Position numbers and translations under genes: made by a program. From Thecamonas trahens ATCC 50062 (Eukaryota > Protista > Apusomonadida), in assembly GCF_000142905.1 (NCBI RefSeq), contig NW_013657670.1, positions 149,498 through 213,125 of the forward strand: 63,628 nucleotides of DNA, written 5' to 3'. Within the stretch, counting starts at the first letter, position 1; the number at the start of each line of letters is the position of its first letter. Below, one piece after another: positions 58,009 through 63,628 of this stretch. The notes under the pieces were generated by a model that was not told the origin of the DNA, did no database searches, and was given only the letters and a program-made list of their open reading frames with translations.

Positions 58009-61000
58009 CTAGCACTCCATCTCTACATCGCCCACTCCACCGGCCGGCGTCGTCGATGCGCCACGGCACATGAGCCGCTCGCCCACAAACGATGACAGTG
58101 TCTGGCCAGCCTGCCCGCTCTTCCGCCACCAGTACACCACTCCGACCGCAAGGCTTGCAGCGAGCACAATTGCTGCTGGAATCGCGATTGCGGCAGCCAC
58201 TGCTCCGCTCGAGCTCGAGCTCTTGTCAGAGTCCGGCGGCGGCGGCGGCGCGCCCGTGCCCGGTGGTGGCGGCGTGCCGGCCAGAGCCCATCCAATCGAG
58301 AATCCTGTCCGAGCCTCGTCGCCGTTCGAGTGAAAGCGAACAATTGCATCGCCCGGGACTACCATCTGCGACGATGCTGCCAGACTGCCTGAGACCACGA
58401 CGCCGGCTGGCAAGATGGTGACGTAGTCGTGGACCGACTCGGTTGAAAACGCGCTCTTGTCCAAAGAGAGGACCAGGCTCTGCTCCGGAAAGTCAAAGTG
58501 CCACTCGCACTCGAGGTTGTGGGCGTACTCGAGGACACCCGAGTACGGGCCTGGCAGCTCGAGAGCTCCGGCAACGCCAGATGTTGTTGCATTGATCACC
58601 ATCGGCGCCTTGCACGCCGGCGGCGACCGGGTCCCGATTGCCCAACGCGCACTGAAGCCAGGCCGCGCGGTCCTACCGTCGGAGGTAAACTCGATGGACA
58701 TGTTGCTCGAGCTAGACGCGGTGAGATCAAGGTGGACCCCGCTATACTGCTGGCCGTCGATGGTGACAATGTCGTAGCCGGCCTCGGTGCTAAACCGTGA
58801 AAAGTGGAGGGCAATGTCCTTGCCCGGCGCTGAGATCTGCCACGCGCATGCCATGTCGTTGCCGTAAGGAATGCTGCCGTGGTACGGTGCTGGAACGGCG
58901 ATGCTACCCGAACTGCCGTTGGCTGAGCTGATGGTCTCCAGCCCGCTGCAGAGCGTGCGCGGGCCAGGCGGATGCTGCGGCGGCGGCGGCGGCGGCGGCT
59001 TGGACGATGCAGCGACTGCCGTCATGGCAAACACGCTCTTAGCAACGCTGCCATAGTAGAGGCCGGCGTACTGTCGCCCGCGCAGCGCCATGTTCAGATG
59101 CGTGGCGCCTGAGCTTCTGGCGCTCGTTACGGCCGCCGCCGGGATGAGATACGAGTTGTCGTAGTAAAAGTAGTACGAGAGCTCGGCCGTGTGCAGATCA
59201 GGGATGCCAGCAAAGCTAAAGAAGCCTTCGACAAACACAAATGTTTTGGAGAGAGCAAGAACAATGCCCTGTCCGTCGGGAACGCGGGCGAGCGGGAAAC
59301 GCGCGAAGTCCCACTCGCCGGCGTGGAGCGCAAAGTCAAGTGAGTCGATGCCAACCGCGTACTCGCGGACCGAAATACTGCAGTCGGCGCCGGCAGCGTA
59401 CGGCTCGCACGTGCAGCGGCCAGTGGCAGTGCTGCATCTTCCAGAGCCGGAGCACTCGCTGGCAGTGGCGGATGGGCACGAGGCCGGGCACGATCCCAAG
59501 CTAACCACGCCTCCGCCGCTGACCACCAGCGCAAACGGCTGCGGGCCGACAGGCGCGGCGTTGACAAAGACCCGGAGGGAGAACGCGCCCGAGACAACGG
59601 CGCGGATCCGCTCGACGTTGTTGTCCTGATCGTAGGTAACCTGATCACGAGGACCAACGTTGCCGACATACACCGCGTCCGAGGCAGTCAGGGTGAGATC
59701 CAGGTCAGAGACAAGCGTGACGGCTGCCGCCAACGATGCCGGCGGATCGGTCCACACGAGCGTGGCCGAGACTGAAGTCTTGTCCGCGACCGAGAAGCAG
59801 TAGGTGAGCGAGGTGCCGGCCGGCTGCGGGCCGATGTCAACAAAATGAAAATCACCCACCGCGGAGAGGTTGGCAGCACCAAAGCCCTCGCCCCAGCGGC
59901 GGACGAGGGTAGGCGCAGCATCGTACGCCGCCGGCGCCACCGCGCACACGCCCAACGGATCCAGCGGAGATCGGGGCACGGATGCAGTCGAGCCGGGTGT
60001 GGCGCTCGCCGAGTTGAGAAGGTAGGCCTTGACAAGTGCACCTGACGGCGACGGAATGGACGATCGCAAATGCTGGCGCACTAGCGCCGCCAGGCCGGCC
60101 ACTGCCGGGGCAGCCATCGAGGTGCCGGACTCGGGACGGAGCGCGGCGCTCTCGCCACAGAACGGGGTGCTGCCCGGACCATTGGCATGGGCAGAGATAA
60201 CCGGATCGCCGACAGCGACAATGTCAGGCTTGATTCGCAGCTCGCCGCGGACTGGCCCGAGCGACGAGAAGCAAGCCATATCGTCCGGCGACGGCGACGC
60301 CGGCACGCTTCCGTCGTAGTTGGAGAGCGTGACGAGGCTGCCAGTGGCGTTGGCCACATGCAGCGCATGAGTGAGGGTCGCGTTGCCGTCGGCGATGAGG
60401 ACCGGAATGGTAGTCGCCGACCGGGTGTCGGAAACGCCCACAATGTACCACGCTTTCTCGTGGATGACTGCCAGCGCGCCTGCGTCCTGGATGGACTTGG
60501 CGCACGAGTCATGAGGCGCCAGAGACGGGCACGCGTCCCAACAGATGCTGCACGGGCAGAGGAGGAGCACAATCTTGCCATTGACACCTGCTAGCGGCGC
60601 GTCGCAGGCCTCAATGATCACCACTTGGCCGGTGATGCTACCGTCCATGCCAGTGCCGACCATCCGTGCGCCGTACAAGGCCTTGACGAGCACACCTGAG
60701 GCGGCATCCGACGCCATGAGCGCGTAGCGGTACTTGGCGCTCGCGGCGTAGGCATCAGCCGTCGAGGTGAGGGCACCGACGTTGAGCGCATTCTTGGCGG
60801 TACCGGGCGATCGGACAGAGGAATAGCCATCGGAACCGTGATTGCCGGCAGCAAAGATGACGAGCATGTCAGGATTGCTCCATGTAAAGGTGTCGACGTC
60901 GCGGGCGTGGGTATTGTAGCCCGAGTACCCGGTCGAGCCCCACGAGTTGGTGTGGATGCGGGCGCCGGCTCCGTGCGGCATGCTGAAGAAGCGATCCGTG

Positions 61001-62148
61001 AGATCGGCAGGAACATGGAGCGCTTCGGACTCGTCGCCAAAGTCGTACATGATGATGCGCGCACCATAGGCGAGACCTTTGTTGGCGTTGGTGGTGGCGT
61101 TGGCGGAGGCGGAGGCGCTCCAGTCTGCCAGTCCGGCGACGGTGCCGGTGACATGGGTTCCGTGGCCGGCCGGCACATCGGTCTCAAAGGCCAGCTCGGC
61201 CTTGTGCCTAATGTACATGGCGAGCTTGCGATGGGCCGCGAGCGGCGTGTCGTAGGCCAGCGGCGTCGATGGATCGTGGAACATGCAGTTGTTGGTGTCG
61301 ATACCGGTGTCGGCAACGGCCACAATCTCACCCGCGCCGGTGATGCCGGCGTCCCAAAAAGGAAAGGCGGTGCCGGACGGATCGCCAGCCTGCCCGCGTG
61401 AAGCAGCGTGCCGGTTCATGCTCTCATACTCGGAGCGGTGCTCGACAGCGACGACGGTCGAGTCCGAGGCGAGGGCGTCGAGCGCGCACTCAACGCTGGC
61501 GGCGTCCGCACCAGTGATGGTGATGCTGAGCTTTCGCGGCGAGGGCTGATCCACGTCGGCTTCAGCGACGCAGCGGGCAAGGACGGTACGGATGCGGGAA
61601 AGCAGCTCGCTGGATGCCTCATGGGCGACAGTAACGGGTGAGAGGTCGACGATCAGGTCAAGCCGGGCAGACGGTTGGGAAGTGCGGCGGCGGCGGGCGC
61701 GCGGCCTGCGATGACGCGATTGGACATCGCCGACCCAGACGATCTCGTCAAACTGAAGGAGCAAGTCGTCGACAAACTGCGACTCGCAGTGAACATGCAG
61801 AGTCCGTGCCGGGAGATAGCCGACAAGAGCAGGGCGCACAGCGGCGATGAGAGCGTCGGACGGATGAGCAGCGGTGGTGATGAAGAACTGGGCGCGGCGA
61901 GTCTTGTCCACAGCCGACGATGACGACCGCGGAGCAGCGAGCAGCGTGGACATTGACGCGTGATGCAGATGCAGCGCCGCACCGCGGGAGATGTATCCGC
62001 CAGCTCGGCCGTGGATCATATGTCCATCACTCCGGCTAATGTCCGCGGCCTTTGCTTCGACCGGGACACCAAGACCATGCGACTCACCGGAGCATGGAGG
62101 CAGGGCCAAGGCGAGTATGGCGAGAACTACCACGCCTGCAACCATCAT
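58009..62148 (-). CDS. Membrane-anchored subtilisin (S8, Kp43/Tag-like) with PA insert, EGF, two CUB domains and TM
   Basis: VADTGID, GHGTHV, FAAGN, KPDIVA, SGTSMAAP; CSGSGRC..C.C; YGNDMACAWQI..FSTEAGYD; YAHNLECEW. Signal peptide from ATG 62148. Confidence 0.92.
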   Translation of the reverse strand: MMVAGVVVLAILALALPPCSGESHGLGVPVEAKAADISRSDGHMIHGRAGGYISRGAALHLHHASMSTLLAAPRSSSSAVDKTRRAQFFITTAAHPSDALIAAVRPALVGYLPARTLHVHCESQFVDDLLLQFDEIVWVGDVQSRHRRPRARRRRTSQPSARLDLIVDLSPVTVAHEASSELLSRIRTVLARCVAEADVDQPSPRKLSITITGADAASVECALDALASDSTVVAVEHRSEYESMNRHAASRGQAGDPSGTAFPFWDAGITGAGEIVAVADTGIDTNNCMFHDPSTPLAYDTPLAAHRKLAMYIRHKAELAFETDVPAGHGTHVTGTVAGLADWSASASANATTNANKGLAYGARIIMYDFGDESEALHVPADLTDRFFSMPHGAGARIHTNSWGSTGYSGYNTHARDVDTFTWSNPDMLVIFAAGNHGSDGYSSVRSPGTAKNALNVGALTSTADAYAASAKYRYALMASDAASGVLVKALYGARMVGTGMDGSITGQVVIIEACDAPLAGVNGKIVLLLCPCSICWDACPSLAPHDSCAKSIQDAGALAVIHEKAWYIVGVSDTRSATTIPVLIADGNATLTHALHVANATGSLVTLSNYDGSVPASPSPDDMACFSSLGPVRGELRIKPDIVAVGDPVISAHANGPGSTPFCGESAALRPESGTSMAAPAVAGLAALVRQHLRSSIPSPSGALVKAYLLNSASATPGSTASVPRSPLDPLGVCAVAPAAYDAAPTLVRRWGEGFGAANLSAVGDFHFVDIGPQPAGTSLTYCFSVADKTSVSATLVWTDPPASLAAAVTLVSDLDLTLTASDAVYVGNVGPRDQVTYDQDNNVERIRAVVSGAFSLRVFVNAAPVGPQPFALVVSGGGVVSLGSCPASCPSATASECSGSGRCSTATGRCTCEPYAAGADCSISVREYAVGIDSLDFALHAGEWDFARFPLARVPDGQGIVLALSKTFVFVEGFFSFAGIPDLHTAELSYYFYYDNSYLIPAAAVTSARSSGATHLNMALRGRQYAGLYYGSVAKSVFAMTAVAASSKPPPPPPPQHPPGPRTLCSGLETISSANGSSGSIAVPAPYHGSIPYGNDMACAWQISAPGKDIALHFSRFSTEAGYDIVTIDGQQYSGVHLDLTASSSSNMSIEFTSDGRTARPGFSARWAIGTRSPPACKAPMVINATTSGVAGALELPGPYSGVLEYAHNLECEWHFDFPEQSLVLSLDKSAFSTESVHDYVTILPAGVVVSGSLAASSQMVVPGDAIVRFHSNGDEARTGFSIGWALAGTPPPPGTGAPPPPPDSDKSSSSSGAVAAAIAIPAAIVLAASLAVGVVYWWRKSGQAGQTLSSFVGERLMCRGASTTPAGGVGDVEMEC

Positions 62149-62569
62149 CCGACCTTCTGTCGAACGCAGAGTGACAGGGGGTAGAGAGAGGAGTGTACGA
62201 ATGTGTCGACGTGGTCGCCTCTGACCCACCCATGCGGGGGAATGCGGGGGCGGGGGGCCATGCACGTGTGGCTGCGACATTTTTGGCGAGTATTGTCGCG
62301 TCAGGGGCAAGGCACGAGGTCGGGGTGTTAGACAGGTAGACAGATGGTAGTGTGTGAGGGAAAGATGGTGTGCGTGACGGATAAGCTCATTCTCCGGGTA
62401 GAGGGAGGCAAAGGGAAGTGCAATGAGTGTGTGCGGGGAAGGGGGGGAGAGGGAGGGGAGGGGGGAGGGAGGGATGAAGCGAGAGATCACTGTTCGGGAG
62501 GACGAGTTGGGCACCACGACCACATACATCCCCCCACACACACACAGACTCCTCCCTCCGGAATTACCC

Positions 62570-63510
62570 CTCCCGCTCGCAGGCTCGCGGTCGGGAGTCC
62601 CGGTGACAAACAGGGCTGTGGTGTGGATGACATAGTGCACACCCCGGGAGACCCCCTACATGAGGTGTCCTTGGACAGTGCGGGAGTCGTGGACAATGTA
62701 ATTTTTGGGGTCGCGCGACCTTCGGCTTCATCCGCGCTCAGGGCACCGGGTGAAGGGTAGCAACCAGTCACGGGCTCTGCCCGTGGCCGGGGGTGCACCC
62801 GGGGTCTTGAGCAGGCCGAGGAGCTTGACCACCAGGAAGGGGGGCCAGGGGAGGAGCCGGGCCCCTGGGCGCCAGGACGTAGTCCGTCTGGCGCCCTTGC
62901 ACATCCTTCCTCGTGGTCAGAAATGACCCGCCAAACGTCATGCGACCGGAGTCCGCAAGGGGGTGCGGTCTCATTCGAAGGGGGTTGACCGGCGGTAGGT
63001 GCACCTACCGTTTGTCGCCCCCGATGGTTGCGGTCAGGGATCCGTCCCTAAACGGCGCTGCGAGGTGTGGACGGATCAGCGGGGCGAGGGCGCATGCGCC
63101 CTGCTCACGCTGATCCTCCTAACCCCCCGTGGGATGTGTGTCCATCCCGCCGTCGGTCCGCCGACGGCAACCAGTGTCGTCACATGTTGTCGGCATTATC
63201 ATCCATATTGCCAACCTCTCCCTGGTGGACCGCCGGATGCTCGGTGGTCCTGAGCTGCAACCAGGACAGAGGTCGGCCTCTTGGAGGGTGGGATCTGAAG
63301 GAATATCGGCCGTCGGCGCCCCAGTGAGGGATTCCAAGTGACTAGAGTATCCTGCAGTCGATGTTGAGCACCCAACAAGTTGTACGCTGCACCACTTACG
63401 GATGTCCTATGTGGCGGCCGTCTTCTCGCCGTAGTGAGATCAGTGGTTCGCGGTACTTAGGGCCGGCGTACAATCCCACGGCAGGTGGCACCCTGCAGTT
63501 CCTGTAGGTG
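62570..63510 (+). ncRNA. Candidate ~950-nt highly structured RNA (or structured leader), family unknown
   Basis: Near-continuous hairpins with GAAA, GCAA, UCCG (twice) and UUCG loops, long-range helices and G-U wobbles on +; no credible ORF. Confidence 0.65.
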
Positions 63511-63598
63511 CTTCTCTGCTTAACTCCATGCAACAACTCTCCAGCACGTGATCTGGAACACAGGAGCTCTCAACAGCGCTGCTGTGTCTCGTCCATTG

Positions 63599-63628
63599 TC
63601 AACGCCATCTTCAACGCCATCTCCAACG
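63599..63628 (+). repeat. 12-bp tandem repeat (TCAACGCCATCT), truncated by window end
   Basis: Two full copies plus a partial third. Confidence 0.7.

Noticed and set aside
62561-62737. U1/U11-like snRNA (Sm-like AAUUUUUGG followed by a UUCG hairpin)
   Set aside because: No ACUUACCU 5' end or AUUGCAC loop; the U-run sits within hairpin 62650-62712 and the structure continues for hundreds of nt
62720-62930. U3 snoRNA-like words on the minus strand (ACCACGAGGAAG, CCUGAGCG..UGAAGCCG)
   Set aside because: Wrong spacing, no box C/D, and folding asymmetry favours the + strand
62701-63003. HDV-like ribozyme (UCCUCGU loop; AUUUUUG/CAGAAAU as P1)
   Set aside because: P3 is imperfect, there is no CNRA catalytic strand next to P2', and the GAAA hairpin 62915-62928 competes
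63415-63479. Group II intron domain V/VI look-alike (bulged hairpin ending GGUUC; AUCCCAC end)
   Set aside because: Triad is GGC rather than AGC, no GNRA loop, and domain VI pairs poorly

Overview
GC-rich, gene-dense, intron-poor eukaryotic scaffold with three N-gaps. The style (FG-GAP receptor family, WW-myosin, PBP-kinase-cyclase-kinase receptor, (CA)n/poly-G islands) suggests a protist such as the apusomonad Thecamonas trahens; this is inference only. About 22 protein genes are supported: two head-to-head FG-GAP surface proteins, a zf-PARP-like protein, an FHA-FHA-FN3-STE11-TKL dual kinase, a Tudor-knot protein, a bromodomain-ET protein, PNO1, a signal-peptide SET protein, an FSIP1-like protein, RABL2, NSUN2/TRM4, GDAP2, a solute-binding receptor kinase, a calpain-like protein, MGMT, a membrane protein, PHO88/SND3, a cNMP-binding kinesin, a carnitine acyltransferase, HGH1, a WW-myosin, RAE1 and a subtilisin-EGF-CUB-CUB-TM protease. 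Eleven reading-frame breaks in nine genes are all one base short at short homopolymers. The strongest unexplained signals are two non-coding intervals that fold by hand into elaborate + strand RNA structures: ~950 nt at 62570-63510 (GNRA/UNCG-capped hairpins, long-range helices) and ~375 nt at 16316-16691. Neither matches an RNA family I can recognise. All folds and domain calls were made by eye, without computation.
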